Below, piece after piece: positions 26,737 to 42,873 of a stretch of 64,000 bases of DNA; within the stretch, counting starts at the first letter, position 1, and each line of letters opens with the position of its first letter. The stretch is taken from assembly GCA_951406725.2 (NCBI GenBank), contig OX597819.1:39680001-39744000 (forward strand), in the 5' to 3' direction. Position numbers and translations under genes: made by a program. The DNA is from Octopus vulgaris. Lineage: Eukaryota. Under the pieces are notes generated by a model, which saw nothing but the letters and a program-made list of their open reading frames with translations, searched no databases and was not told the origin of the DNA.

Positions 26737-29541
26737 GCATGGCATTAGGTTCAGGCGTGGTTGTGTGGTAAGAAGGTTGCCTCCCAACCACATGACTCTC
26801 GGTTCATTCCCACTGTGTGACGCCTTAGTCTTCTACTACAACCTCGGGATGACTAAAGACTTGTGTGTGGATTTGGTAGACGGAAACTGAAAGTAGCCCA
26901 TCGTATGTGTGTGTGTGTGCGGGCAGAAGAAATTTTTTTCCCAGACGAACAGAAGTGTAGAGCACCGGGTTCAAATTCTAGGTAGAGACCGACTGCATAT
27001 ATGTTCGATGTATTCTAATAACTTGTCATTCGTAGTGATTTATAGTTTTTAGTAAACCCCTTTCTTTATTTGTCCGTATTTCATCTGTAGTACTGTCAGA
27101 ACAAGGATAAAGTGGGAAGGCTATGCATTTTAATGATTTGTACGTTGCACATAAAATACTAAATGTTCACATAGAGGAATCTGTTTAGCATTATGATCTC
27201 ATATATGTTAAATTCTGGTGCTCAAAAGCAATTTCATTTGTCCCATGTAGTCTTCGTTACAAACATTATATTTCATAGGGTCAATTTAATTTGAGGAACA
27301 AATAAAGTGAAGTTTACAGTAAAAGTATTTCCTTATTTACATTTAGAAGAAATTTCTTCTGTATGATTGGTGCAGGTTCTGCAATTTGAGTGGTTACATA
27401 TTTTGACTATTATAGTGGATAATTTGGCGCTGGTAAATAATTTTTAGGGATTGATGTAGTCTTTTGCTTTAGATTATTTTGTGTTCTGGGAGCGAGAGAG
27501 AAACAGAGAGGGAGAGAGACACAGAGACAGACATACAGAAAAATAGACAGACTGACAGAGACAGGGAGAGAGAGAGGGACATAGGGAGAGAAGGAGAGAG
27601 TTAGTTGTATTCTGAATCAAAATTTATCTACTTTTTAGTAACTCTGTTACTTTTGCCTGCAGGAATTTAGTTTCATACGAATAAATGGAATAAACCAATA
27701 AACACATCATACGCAATAATTGAATATGTAGTAGTGATCTTTGAGGGTTGGAACTTTTAGTTTAACCATACATATTACATCATCTATAGTATAGTAGTCC
27801 CCAAATGAGGCTGGAACTTTTAACCTAACTATACACAATAAGTATGATATGAAGTACTGACAAAGGAGATTGTAATGTTTAGCCAAATCTGCATCTTGTA
27901 TGCGTTATGTGGGCATTGGTGCAAAAAGGGTAACGATTGGGAGGCTTTTTCTGCAGGTGGATAAAGATAACGGTGGATATTGGACCAAAACCATCAGCTG
28001 CAGTTTTGGAGGCTAGCAGAGTTTGAGGGCTGTGAGATGGTTGGACGTGGCCTTCTTGGTTCTGTTGCTGGCTTTGCATAAATTACTGGATAAAAACTGT
28101 TCCGCTTAGAGGTGTAGACGATTTCCTCCCTACATTTTAGGCGGTCTTCTTAGGCTGAAGTCATGTTGCATAGTTAGCACATTTAGAGTGTGTAGTTGTG
28201 ATGTTCACATGAGAAATATACATAGATATTCCTATGAGAATTGTATCAGTTACCCAACAACTATATCTAATTTGTTATGGATAAAATTCATATATTTCTA
28301 GATGTATTTAGCATCCAGCAAGCAGAACTCCAATCAGTCAGCTAAGTATAAGAGTTCAAGGAAAACTTGCTCCGTATATAGATTTGTGGTGAGCATTTGC
28401 AATATGGCAGTGGTCGGATGATCTGGTAGATGCGGAGACAGTAATAACTTGTTAGAAATTGATCGATGTTGTTTAGAGTATCGACATCTTGGTCAGAGAT
28501 GAAACTAGTTAGATGTAAGATGAAGATTGTGAAAGATACGATTTCTGTACTGGAACCAAGAAAAGTTATGAATGTTAAATGACTTTAGACAATGATTTCA
28601 GAGGGTGGTGAGGTGAGATATATATATATCCCCGATGCAAAAAAAGAGTTTGGCCACTTGTAGAGAAAATAGATCTTTTTGAAGGAGTAGATGTGCGAGA
28701 GTTTGGAAGTCTTTATTACTAATATCAGATGAGAGGGGGGAAGGGAGAGAGTGAGAGAGAGGGGGGAGAGAGAGGAAGAGAGAGAGAGTGAGAATCAACA
28801 TATCCACAGGCACCACTTGATAATTTAAACAAAATTTAGTCAAGAGATCCAACTCAAATTTTCTCCACTTCGTGAGGACGTATCATTATTACCAAATAGC
28901 ACTTAAAACCAGAACCACTTCACAAGGGGAGATAATATCAAGAATCATAATTTCTCCAAAGCAGAGACACCATTAAAGAAAAGGACAGGCTTCTTGTCTC
29001 CTGACAAGTGGACAGTGGGTACAAGTTTCTGGCTCAATATCTGTCATGAGCGCGATGAATGTCCAATCTTATCTACTGTAGTTTTAGACTTATACAGAAA
29101 TAGACCATCGATAAAACAATCCTAAATCCAGGAGTAATACTGGAAGTTAGGTTTTTCCCAAAACATTTATAAATGGCTGAAAACTGAATAAGAATGAAAA
29201 CAGAGAGAAAAAAGACAACACAAATAGCTCAATTTTAATTTTACATTTATTTCATTGTAATTCATAGCTCCGTTATATACACATAGTACTGCATACATAG
29301 ATGTATTTACACTTGTGAGTGCGTGTATTTATGTAAATCTATGCCAATGAATATGTATACGTATATGTACATATATGTGTGAGTGTGTATGTGTGCATGT
29401 AGATATATATCTACATGCGTGTATATATATGTGTGCATATATATATATATGCGTATATATATATATATACATATATGCATGTATATATGTATATATATAT
29501 ATATGTATATATGTATGTATATCTATATACGATGCGTATGT

Positions 29542-29596
<55 letters not shown>

Positions 29597-29850
29597 ATAC
29601 GACCATTGTAAAACAATGTAAGACAACGTACAGATATCTATATATGCGTGTGCATATATATATATATGCATATATATATATATATGTTTGTTGTTTACAC
29701 ACTCGTCTTCGTCCTTTGTTTTGCTTCTCTTTTTTTTTGTAAATTCCAACTATATATGTATATATACACACATACATACTTACTAATATCTACACAATGC
29801 ATTTGTACAAAAATGCATATTTGTATATGTAACATGCATATGCGTATGTC

Positions 29851-29947
<97 letters not shown>

Positions 29948-30171
29948 TTATATGCATTTATACATACGTGCACAAGCCTAGATGCCTGAGTCTTCATTTT
30001 TAATATTAAAAAAACTTGGTTTACCGGCCAGCGGTAAATATTTTGAACTATAGAGCTTGTCTGGAGTAATAATTAAAAAGCCAACACCAATGTTTTAAGA
30101 GAGATTTGATGGATTGAAATAGAAAAATAAAATAAAATAAATCCGTGTGCAAGCATGCAAGCATGTTGCTG

Positions 30172-30249
<78 letters not shown>

Positions 30250-30318
30250 GTATGTATGTATGTATGTATGTATGTATGTATGTATGTATGTATGTATGTA
30301 TGTATGTATGTATGTATG

Positions 30319-30417
<99 letters not shown>

Positions 30418-30948
30418 ATGTATGTATATGTATGTACGTATGTATGTATGTATGTATGTATGTATGTATACGTGTGTGTGTGTGAAATTATGTATATATT
30501 ACTCCAGCACGGCCAGAATTTAAAAGAAAATTTTAAACCAATGATTCTCAAAGTATGCTATAACACTCCTTCCTCCTCCCGGCCCCTCAACCACAACGAA
30601 GAAAACATGTTGATATTGCGGGTAAGCACAGTGAATAGAGTTTTTTAAAAAATGTGGATTGGAAGTAAAAACTTTGATGGGTGAAACGAAATAAGTTTCA
30701 CGTTTGAAACAATTCAAAAAACAAAGCAAAAGCAAAATCATAGTATTTGACATATACACATATTTTCCCCTTTCTTGTTATCTCCTGGTGCCATAAAACC
30801 CGCAACAAATTGTTTCTACATCTACAAGACGTGAAAGTAACATACAAATACGAGAACCATTGCGTGAAGTGATCTAAGAGCTAGGAATTCCATATAAATT
30901 TAAACGTTTGGCAAGGAAATGAATTTGGCTTTACGAATGCTGGTTTCT

Positions 30949-30996
<48 letters not shown>

Positions 30997-31767
30997 CAGC
31001 AGCAGCAGTAGTGTAGACTTATTCTAAAAGATGTCCCATCTGAGACCATCTCAATTTTTTTTTTTGGTGGGGGGTGTAATAATATCTACCAAGAACTAGA
31101 TTATCCGGTGCGCTCTTAGTAAGATTAAGGCGGCGAGCTGGCAGAATCGTTAGGACTCCGAGTGAAATGCTTAGCGGTATTTCGTCTGCTGCAATGCTCT
31201 GAGTTCAAATTCTACCGAGGCCGACTTTGTCTTTCATCCTTTCGGGGCTGATTAATAAAGGACCATTTGCGCACTGGGGCCAATGTATTTGACTAATCCC
31301 CTCCCCGAAAATTTCAAGACTTGCGCCTTCAGTAGAAAGGATTAAGACAGTAAGAGTGTGACTTAGGAAAAAATATAGATGCTGTTTTTAGCATCCGATC
31401 AAGCACGTAGCTGTGGTTTACTCGTTAGCTCGTAATCGCCGTAATAGCCCAAATATATTCAAAAGCTGTAACCGTCTTATTCTGTACCAGAGACTACATT
31501 ATATAAGGCACCCTTCTTTATTTAAAATAATAGTGTGTGATCTGAGAACAATGTGGCTGCTATATCTAGCAGGTCGAGGGACAAAGTAGACGCTCAGTTG
31601 TTGGTTACAGTAGCTAGCTTAACCAGAGGTTAAAAGGAAGCGGTAGAACCCGTCAGTCGTAGCATCACGTGAGTGGGCGTGGCAACTATCATCCAAGGAG
31701 GTTGATACAGTTAACTGTAGATTCCTCTAGTATCTTCGTCTATTTCATTGATTATGAACACGAAAGC

Positions 31768-31828
<61 letters not shown>

Positions 31829-32171
31829 TTTTATCATTAAAATTCCGCCGAGGTCGACTTTGCTTTCATCCTTTTGGAGTCGATAATTAAGTACCAGTTG
31901 CGTACTAGGGTCGATCTAATAGACTGGCCCCCGCCCCCAAAAATTTCGGGCTTTGTGCCTAGAATAGAAAAGATTATCATTCTTCTTCTTCTTCTTCTTC
32001 TTCTTCTTCTTCTTCTTCTTCTTCTTCTTCTTCTTCTTCTTCTTCTTCTTCTTCCTCCTCCTCCTACTCCTCTTCTTTTTCTTCTTCTTCCTCCTCCTCC
32101 TCCTCCTCTTCTTTTTCTTCTTCTTCTTCTACCTCTCCTCCTCCTCCTCTTCTTCTTCTTCTTTCCTTCTT

Positions 32172-32211
<40 letters not shown>

Positions 32212-32281
32212 TACTACTTCTTTTCTTCTTTTCTTCTTTTCTTCTTCTTCTTCTTCTTCTTCTTATTATTATTATTATTAT

Positions 32282-32335
<54 letters not shown>

Positions 32336-32591
32336 CAGTAGTAGTATCAGGGCGGTAGATTGGCAGAATCTTTGGAGAGTTGACCAGATTTCATTGCGAT
32401 AAATGTTCCGACACTTTACGTTCCGAATTTAAATCCTGCCGAGATCCTTTTCTCTTTCATCCTTCTGGGATCGCTAAAGCATGGTCCCTGTCAAAAAATG
32501 CGATCTCTGGTACCAGCTAACCATCATTTTCCCTAAAATTCGCTGGCCTTGTGCCTAAATAAAAAATTATCATTTTCATCATCATCAGCAA

Positions 32592-32626
<35 letters not shown>

Positions 32627-32635
32627 CCATCATCA

Positions 32636-32669
<34 letters not shown>

Positions 32670-33037
32670 GAGATATCTTTCATGAATATATAATATGATA
32701 ACCAGGAAACAAAACATAAAAATGACCAGTCATTTTTTTCTATGCAGTTTATTATTAAATAAGCAATAATGAAAATTGTCTTTGTATGCTTATATATATA
32801 TATATATATATATATACGTTTGTGTATATATATATATATATGAAATTGAAAATTGAAAAAATATTGGAAAATAATCACTAATGAAATTTCTAACAACAAA
32901 AGAAAACAAATAGAAAAATTCCGAAGATAATAAAGAAAATAAAACATTTATTATTTCTCGACTGGCCAGCAGGATAGAAAAAAACTATTCATATTTACTT
33001 TTAGTGAGTAATTATATAATACAGAATACACACACTC

Positions 33038-33096
<59 letters not shown>

Positions 33097-33097
33097 C

Positions 33098-33162
<65 letters not shown>

Positions 33163-33314
33163 CATATACACACACACACATATATATATATGTGTATGTA
33201 TGTGTGTGTGTGTGTGTATATGTATGTGTATGTGTATGTGTGATATTTGTTGTTTCTGGCCAGCAGAATAGGAAAAACTATTCATACTCTAGTAGGTAAT
33301 TTTTGCTTACCCAC

Positions 33315-33386
<72 letters not shown>

Positions 33387-34565
33387 GTTAGCAGTTTCTA
33401 CAAATTAAGTCATCATTTATATATTGATGTGAAAAATGAGTTAGGGAAAAGACGTCGTGAACCCTCACCTCCCATCTGAGAGCCTGTGCTGGTCAAGTGT
33501 CGCTGCACTTTTGACCACTTCACAGAAATTTAATTCTAATGTACCACTGATACAGTACTTTAAACGCTATTTACTCTTACTTAAAGAGTATTATAGGAGT
33601 TAGAACAGAATAATTAGAAAAGAGAGAAAATGAGGAAGAGAGAGTTGACTGGAAAAGTGAGAATCTAGAATAAATTGCATATCTATTAAAATATTTTCGG
33701 TGTTCGAATCTTTCCCTTAAATGTTGGAATAATTATTAACCAATTTAGTTGTTAAATTAGAGAGAAATCTTTCGCAAATATTAAGTTAACGGTAAATAAA
33801 GTCTGTAAGTGGGTTGTTCACCATTAACAGCTGAAATTTCTTCTTTTTTAATTCTTTCCATGCAATACCCTTTGAATTTATCGAAAATTATTATTCGTGA
33901 TAAAATATATAAATAAGGGTTAGTCCAGTCACAGGAAAACTTCAGCCTGCGAGACTTTCTGAACTACATGCCAAGGAAAAATTATCTTGAATTTTTTTTT
34001 AGTAATGCCTGATGAGCTGTCTCATGCGGCCCGCTTTATGCTGAGCTATGTCTCATGCAGGCCGCTTCTCGAGAAAGTTTACCCATACCTGACTTAGCTA
34101 CATGTTGATTCCAAAATTCTGATCACGAATAGTTCAAGCTATATCGGTCAAGCTAGAGCTACAGAACGAACTCGCTGACTCTTTTTCTATACCTGGTCGA
34201 AGTTATTTCGATGTCGTATGTCATAAATGCTCTTGAGAAATGCATTAAGATCAAAACAACTCATGTTTTTTTCTCACCCAGATCAATCATTATTCTGACT
34301 TTCCATTTATCAGTATGCAATTATTACGAATCCATGCCCACTTACGTTACCTTATGAAGCTGTTTCGTTTATTAGAATTCTGCTAAACACTCTAATCAAT
34401 ATTTATAATTATATAATTAACTATATATAAAAAAATTAAGACTGTAATCATATTGTCTAATTAATACTTTTTCTCAATATCAGCTGCGTACTATCATCAA
34501 TTCCTATACTCAAAGTAAATCTCCATATGCGGTGCAATTAAAAAAGAAAACGCCATTGACAAAAA

Positions 34566-34634
<69 letters not shown>

Positions 34635-34905
34635 GTATTTACACACAATGGTTGATGGTGATGGGGGTGGGGTGGAAATTAAAAATTCATTAAGATATTC
34701 CAAACTGATTTTTTTTAAACTCCATGAATTACCGCCAGCAGTAATCCAAAAAAAAAAGGAAAAAATTCACACTTTGTTATTAATATTATTTCAACTAATA
34801 TTACTAGTTCTCGTTGCTGTTATTGTAATTATTAATTACATTTCTGCCATGTTGCAATTGTAACGTTCAACATATATCGGTAGTTTTTCATGTTTCGATT
34901 TTTTC

Positions 34906-34936
<31 letters not shown>

Positions 34937-36014
34937 TTATATTTTATAAGATGTGTGCTCTACAGACATCCAGCTTGTTAATGATACCAAGTTCTCTTAT
35001 TTATGATGTAGTTTTTGTTGTTGTTTTACTTTTTTTTTATTTTCATGACATCTGAATTTATTAGTTATTAGTTTTATATATATTATATAGTCTCTTTGTT
35101 AGAGACTTAATGTCACAAAGTATTTGTTTAAAAAAGTGTATTAAATATGAATACTTTGTTTACTGTTCATGATGATATCATCAATTTTTATAGTTAACAT
35201 ACGTTACTTCTCGCCGACAATGTTTACAAAAATTGTCTCTTGCAACATACAGGTATCATATGCAAATTTATATATATATATATATATATGAAACAATGAG
35301 ATCCCAGCCAGTAGGATGATATTCCGTATGGTTCCCATATATATATATTCTTTTCTAAACACTTTCATAAAACATTATTCACATATTAACAATCACGTTC
35401 GGCTTGCTATTGACGTCAAAGTTACCTGTCGAAAATATCTCAGATTATATCATGACGTTTCACTTTTGCCGTTAACGTTTCAGATTTCGAATATATATAT
35501 ATATATTTCTTTCCTTTTCTTTTTAAAAATACCTCGTTTCGTTGTTTTCTTAAGTATTTTTCGTTGATTTCTTTTACCTGTGTTTTTTTGAACAGATTTT
35601 TTCAAGAAACTGTCTTTTCGTCTGCCATTGAATTTTTCTAGTCTTTCTCAAACAAATGTAGTAATGTTTAAAAAATATCGGTTCTCGTTCCACGAATTAT
35701 TTTGATCCTGTTGGATACACGATTCAACGCGCATTTCCGAATCGAATGGTTTTGAAAATTTTCAGAGAGAGATTAGCAAATGGAAATACAGAATTTAATT
35801 CTAAATCCAGAGACCTGCTGTCGAATTAAATCTTTGTATCTATTTCCTCTGCAATATTCTAAAATCTCTCACTCAAGATCTTTTGTTTGTTTCTTACTTC
35901 TAAACCATATATATCTTCATTTCTATTTTATATATTTAGTGCGTTTGCGTTGTGTGACAATATGCCATACAAATTTTGGTTGTGAACGTAAGTCAAAAAC
36001 TTACACGGTTATAC

Positions 36015-36049
36015 TTAGCGAAGGTCGTCGAAAGAGTCGCCAGTAGCAC
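36015..36049 (-). CDS. Candidate terminal coding exon of the NPAS4-like gene (GATGDSFDDLR*)
   Basis: Strong acceptor cttttttccttgttatttcag|GT, phase-compatible with the 45859 donor, followed by about 1.3 kb of repeat-poor, AT-rich, 3'UTR-like sequence. No transcript evidence. Confidence 0.4.
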
Positions 36050-36544
36050 CTGAAATAACAAGGAAAAAAGTTGTAAAGTTTTCAAAACAATGTTGACTTA
36101 AGTAAAAACAATTAATAATAGACAACATAACTAGTTAACTTCCTTCAGTTGTTGCTTTGTTCAACGAAAAATACAAATAAACAAATAAAATTATAATTTT
36201 AAGCAAAATTTGGAAGAAAGTTCACAAACATATTCCACTTCTTTTGTACAATTGTTTCAAATTTTGGTACAAGAGCTTTGCCGATTACACCGATCCAGTG
36301 CTCAACTGATGCTTATTTTATCGACATTGAAAAAAAGACTAAATCGATCTCGGTGGAATTTGAACTCAGAGCTTAAAGAACCGATAGAAATGCCCCTAAG
36401 CATTTTGTCCGTCGCCTTAACGATTCTACTAGCCCACCGTCTTACTGGTTGTGTATAATTAGCTATTATAATATTATGTTTTCCACTAATGAGTCTGCCA
36501 AGCTTACATATGAAAACACTAAGTTTTTTGTTGTTTTTTTTTTA

Positions 36545-37040
36545 GCTTTGGGTCCTCCTGCACTGCTCAGCGCATTGAGTAGCAGGCTTCTTAGGTACGG
36601 TTGGCTGATACTCTTGCACATCCATTCCACATAATATTGATAGTCTTCAAGCCATCTTCATACGTCTGCTACCATGTGATCTTTGCCCTGGCCCTTTTAC
36701 ACTCTGCAACAGGCAATATCCATGTCAGTCATGACTGTTTTCGAGTGCCGTTCATCAGTTAGATGCAGAATGTAGCCAACCAGACGGAATCAGCAATTTG
36801 CTATAATTTCATGCAGTGGTACTGACCCCACCCTTTCTCAGAATACCCCCATTTGTGACACGGTCTCGTCAACTGACCCTCAGGATCTCGCCGAAGTACT
36901 TTTGATGAAATACATTTAGATTTCTTGCTGGAATGAATTTCATATCATTTCTTGCGGGCATGAATTTTGTAGGCAGAACGATGGAGTTATACAGACGAAA
37001 CTTAACATCAGTGTTGATGTTTGCGGCACTAAGCAAATGC
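36545..37040 (-). mobile_element. Decayed RTE-like LINE 3' fragment
   Basis: INTDVKFRLYNSIVLPT...NLNVFHQK...ILRVS*RDRVTN...RLVGYILH, matching the RTE C-terminal pattern with stops and frameshifts. Confidence 0.7.
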
Positions 37041-37927
37041 GATACAAAAATATTTTCTCATGTTGGGAGACATTACCGACATTTTGGTAAAGTCAGGTGA
37101 ATACGTGTGTGGGTTTTAATTAGGTTATACAATAAAACAATTTTTTTAAAATTTGTTCATTAATAGACCTATTCCTTATAATCTCAGTAATTTACTCTTT
37201 TATCGTTTTACTTGCTTCAATCATTAGAGTGCGGCCATGTTAGAACAGTTCTCTGTGTAGTTTAGCTGGACAAATCATCCGAGTCACTTATTTGAAGCCT
37301 GTTTATTTGTGCTCTCGAACTTCTTTTTGTCTTTTCTTTGCTGAAACCGTTTGGTCACGAGAACGTTCAAAAACTCCGGTTGTCAAGCGTTGGGAGTGGG
37401 GTGGCAAACATGAACGCAAAGATACAAAAACGTAGACACATACACGCATACAAACATGTGCACACATCCATACAGTCATACATAAAGTAGTGGAGAAGAA
37501 GGAAGAAGAAGTAGGAGGAGGAGGAGGAGGAGGAGAAGAAGAAGAAGAAGAAGAAGAAGAAGAAGAAGAAGAAGAAGAAGAAGAAGAAGAAGAAGAAGAA
37601 GAAGAAGAAGAAGAAGAAGAAGAAGAAGAAGCCTTTGGCTTCAATAGAACTATCAGGTTAATGGGGGCCGCCTCCAGACAGACACATAAAATGCTTTAAT
37701 TTGGAAGAACTCTTCTATGGCAAACGGTAAACATCCAATCCAACAATGGTTCCTCTATAGTTCCCCTTCAATTTGGTTCAAGCTAAAAAAAGGTGGGGGT
37801 ACGCTTTCCACGCCTTTCTTTCTACGTCAGAATCAATTAAATAAGTTAAACATTCTGGTATCTTGTGCCAGAAATCTTAGAAAATATAAATTGTAAACGA
37901 TTATCAATAATAATAATAATAATAATG

Positions 37928-37977
<50 letters not shown>

Positions 37978-38620
37978 AATAATATTCCACCCAGATTTTA
38001 TTTAATTTTATAATTTTTGTGTGCAAATTTTTATCTATCATTATTTACCTAAGCATTTAAAAATATTTATTTCCTCTTTTCATGCCCTCTTCTAAAGAAA
38101 TAAGATTTACTGAATGGCAGTTTTCAAAAATTAAGGGGCAGGAAAGGAAGGAGGTAATAAAAGTAAAGGCTTTACAAATAAAGAAGGCGAGGTGACATAA
38201 TATTTAGTGGGTGTCAGCAATAATATATGGGAATTTGGTTTGGCTATGTTATGAAATGGGGTTGAATATTACTATATAAACAGAGTCTAAATAGAAAATG
38301 CGTTTGTTATATTTTGTGACTGTGTGCGCATGTTTGTGAGTGTGCATGAGGGGGAAAAGAAGAAGAAGAAGAAGAAGAAGAAGAAGAAGAAGAAGAAGAA
38401 GAAGAAGAAGAAGAAGAAGGAGAATGAATGAACGAAAGAATGATTGAATGAATGAATGAATATATGTGAATGATTATATGTAATACAATGATTATATGTG
38501 TAAGGTGATGTGTAAGAGTATATACATATATATGTGTGTGTGTGTAATATAATTATTTCAGTGTACGACTACACGTAAGAGAGTATACACAGGATCACAC
38601 ACACACACGTACACACACAC

Positions 38621-38675
<55 letters not shown>

Positions 38676-39173
38676 CATACATGCATATATGTGTGTGTAT
38701 ATATTTTTGTGTTTGTTTGTATGTATGCGTATGCATTAAGTTATATATTACAGATTTAAATATCATAAATTTCATATAAGTGCATGGTTGTGTGTGTGTG
38801 TGTGTTTGTGTGTGTATGTGTGTGCGCGCGAAAATGCGTATGTGTGTGTGTGCGGTTTATGTTCCAGTTTAATCATTTTTATTAAAAAGTTTCCATATTT
38901 TTTATATTACTTCTTTACGTCTGGTTGGGAACAATAGCCTTCCTACATCCATTAAATTAACATGGTTGAAAGAAGAAATGTTTCAACAAAAATATACATG
39001 AGTGTGCATGGGTGTGTGGACATGTATGCACACGTGTGTGTATGTATGTATATATGTATGCAATTTATTTATATATATATATGCATATGTATATATACTT
39101 ATATTTATATATATTCATATCTACATTTAACCATACACACATATGTATAATATGTATGTGTATGTATATATAC

Positions 39174-39246
<73 letters not shown>

Positions 39247-39573
39247 ACAGGCATGCACATACATACAAACATCACACACATAAATATACATATGTATGTG
39301 TGCATTATGTATGTATGTGTGTGTGTTTGTGTGTGTTTATGTGTGTGGACGTATTATGCATGTATGCTTGTATGTATGTTTGTATGTATGGAATGATATG
39401 AACAATTATATTAAGGATAAAAAAATGTACTTTAAAAACAGCTACTCCGAGTTTGACGTTTCTTGAACATTTTATTTTTAGCTTGGAAAACGTATTTTAT
39501 ATTTGTCTCTACCATTGATATACGAGTTCTGGTTCCTCTATCGAAGTATGTACATATACATACATGCATAAAT

Positions 39574-39662
<89 letters not shown>

Positions 39663-40015
39663 TATATGAATATATGAATACATACATTCATATATATATA
39701 TGTATGTATAATATACATACATATATTTATATATGTTTATATAAATGTGCTATATAATTAGATATAATATAGATATTCCCCCTGGGTGTCTCTTTATCTC
39801 CCACCTCGTATTTTAAAATTGTGTTTTTCTCTGCTTTCCAATTATAAAATATAATTGGAAAAAAAAAGTAATATAGTTTGTAAAAATAAAAAAAGTGCTT
39901 ATATTTTTCTTGTATTCTGTGTCTGTATCAGTACAAACATTGATACTCGTATACACGTTATATATGGAAACACCCACACACACATGTATGTGTATACATA
40001 TAAATATATATATAA

Positions 40016-40070
<55 letters not shown>

Positions 40071-40082
40071 ATACATATATGC

Positions 40083-40116
<34 letters not shown>

Positions 40117-40135
40117 CTGCAAGTGTGTGTATACC

Positions 40136-40166
<31 letters not shown>

Positions 40167-40824
40167 TTAATTATACACCTATATGCAATACATCTCAATT
40201 ACACATCTGATTATATATATACATATATATATATACATACGTACAAACATACATACATACATACATACATACATACATACATACATACATACATACATAC
40301 ATACATACATACATACATACATACATACATACATACTAAAATGTTTCACGCTAATGCGGGTATTTTTAGTGCAGGCCTTTAAGCAACTACAACGTTTCAA
40401 TTTTGAACTTTTGATACGGGCCTAGTTAGGGGAAAAATGTCTACTTTTGAACATAGAATAGATGAAGTTGTTGGTAACATGAAATAAGTCAGCCATTGGC
40501 TTTTTAACATATCCAATTTCCTCCGTACCATTTTCAAATAAATAATTATAATGGCACAATCGATTTGATGCTTAACTACTGGAATGGATTCCATTATGTA
40601 ACATGACACACGTCACCTATGCAAGCACAAATATATACATAAACATGTATACATATATATACATACATACATACATACATACATATATTCACACATATAT
40701 ATATATGTACATACATATTTTTATGTATGTCTATATAGATATATATTCATGATGTATGTATGTCTTTAAATATTTATATATGTGTGTGTGCATATATATA
40801 TGCATAAGTATATAAATACATGAA

Positions 40825-40863
<39 letters not shown>

Positions 40864-41003
40864 GTATATATACACATATATATGCATATATATACATATA
40901 CACATTCATTTATATATAGACATACATACATATACACACACACACACATATATATATATATACACACTCAAATATATACATACAAACATACACACACACA
41001 TAC

Positions 41004-41044
<41 letters not shown>

Positions 41045-41322
41045 CATATAAACATAATTTGGTATATAATCGTGTTTGTATTTTTCTGTTTGTATTTATA
41101 TATACGTGTAGGCATAGATATGTTTGTACCTGTATATTAAAGTATAAAATATGTAAAGAGGAAATGGATCCGATACTAAATATACTAGACTACAAATTAT
41201 AAATTAACTATGAAATATTCATATTCACTTTACAATTTTTTGGTTTTATTTTTCAAATAATGAAAGCCACAGTTTTGTTGATTTTAAATAATTTCAGAAA
41301 GTTATTCAAACAAGTTTATATA

Positions 41323-41390
<68 letters not shown>

Positions 41391-41717
41391 TGTGTGTCTG
41401 TGTGTGCCTGTGTGTGGTTCTTATTCTATTGATCATTATTCTTTTTATCGGGAATGAATTGTACAAATACACACAACATGAACGAAAATCAGTCGGGTGC
41501 CTATACACATTCTCACTTAGATACCTAACTTAATGCACGTATATATAAACACACGCACGCACACATATGCAGAGAGAAAGAGACAGACAGACAGACAGAC
41601 AGATAGACAGACAGAGAAATATATACGTAAATTTTGCATATATATATATAAGTATATATACGTAGATATGTATATATATGTAGATACAAATACATATATA
41701 TACACATACACACACAC

Positions 41718-41819
<102 letters not shown>

Positions 41820-41885
41820 GTAGGTAGGTAGGTAGGTAGGTAGGTAGGTAGGTAGGTAGGTAGGTAGGTAGGTAGGTAGGTAGGT

Positions 41886-42058
41886 AAGTTTCTTTATTGG
41901 CCACACAGGGCTGCACACAGATGGGACAAATTACAAGGTAGGGCTTTTCTTTCGGGGATGAAAAAAACAAAAAACAAAAAACAAAAGAAACAAAAAAATT
42001 GGCGTAGGTTTTCGATCAAAAGGGAAAAAAAGAAAAAAAGGAAAAGAAACAAAAGAAA
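41886..42058 (-). mobile_element. Short 3' end of a LINE inserted in (GATA)n/(TAGG)n
   Basis: Reverse-complement homologue of about 58650-58824, ending CCAATAAAGAAACTT. Confidence 0.75.
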
Positions 42059-42072
42059 GGTAGGTAGGTAGG

Positions 42073-42162
<90 letters not shown>

Positions 42163-42437
42163 TGATTTAAAATAGTTTTATTGTGTTCCATGTAACTTAA
42201 CGTTTCGCAGACTCCATACAGAAACGTAGCTCATTCAAGCTCAGTCATCGCTTATCGTCGCATGGAGCCGAATCAAACGGTTAAATAATAATACGTGTAA
42301 TTCCAAATAAATATGTTGACCTTGTCCATTCAATCGTATATATGTGATGTGTGTGTGTGTGGGGGGGGGCATTTATATTTGTATGTATGCATACACGCAT
42401 ATGCGTTTATATATGTACATTTCTGTGCGTGTATCTT

Positions 42438-42564
<127 letters not shown>

Positions 42565-42639
42565 ACACATATAAACGTATATATATATGTATATAAATAC
42601 ATGTATAATTATTTCTATTATCATCGTTATTAATATTAT

Positions 42640-42653
42640 CTTCATCATCATCA

Positions 42654-42711
<58 letters not shown>

Positions 42712-42716
42712 CATCA

Positions 42717-42774
<58 letters not shown>

Positions 42775-42791
42775 CATCATCATCATCATCA

Positions 42792-42846
<55 letters not shown>

Positions 42847-42873
42847 CATCATCATCATCATCATTATTATTAT
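42640..42873. repeat. Compound (ATT)n/(ATC)n microsatellite
   Basis: Direct reading of the sequence. Confidence 0.95.

Noticed and set aside
33470-33535. CTGAGA-hairpin-GAAAT resembling a hammerhead
   Set aside because: The core lacks a nucleotide and no helix I pairing is found; at most a heavily decayed relic.
34005-34091. CTGATGAG hammerhead-like box
   Set aside because: No helix II closing onto GAAA and no helix I partner; it lies in a hAT-like terminal remnant.
34905-34933. Poly(A) tract on the gene strand suggesting a retrocopy
   Set aside because: The gene is intron-rich and no TSD is seen; a genomic T run that could cause oligo-dT mispriming.
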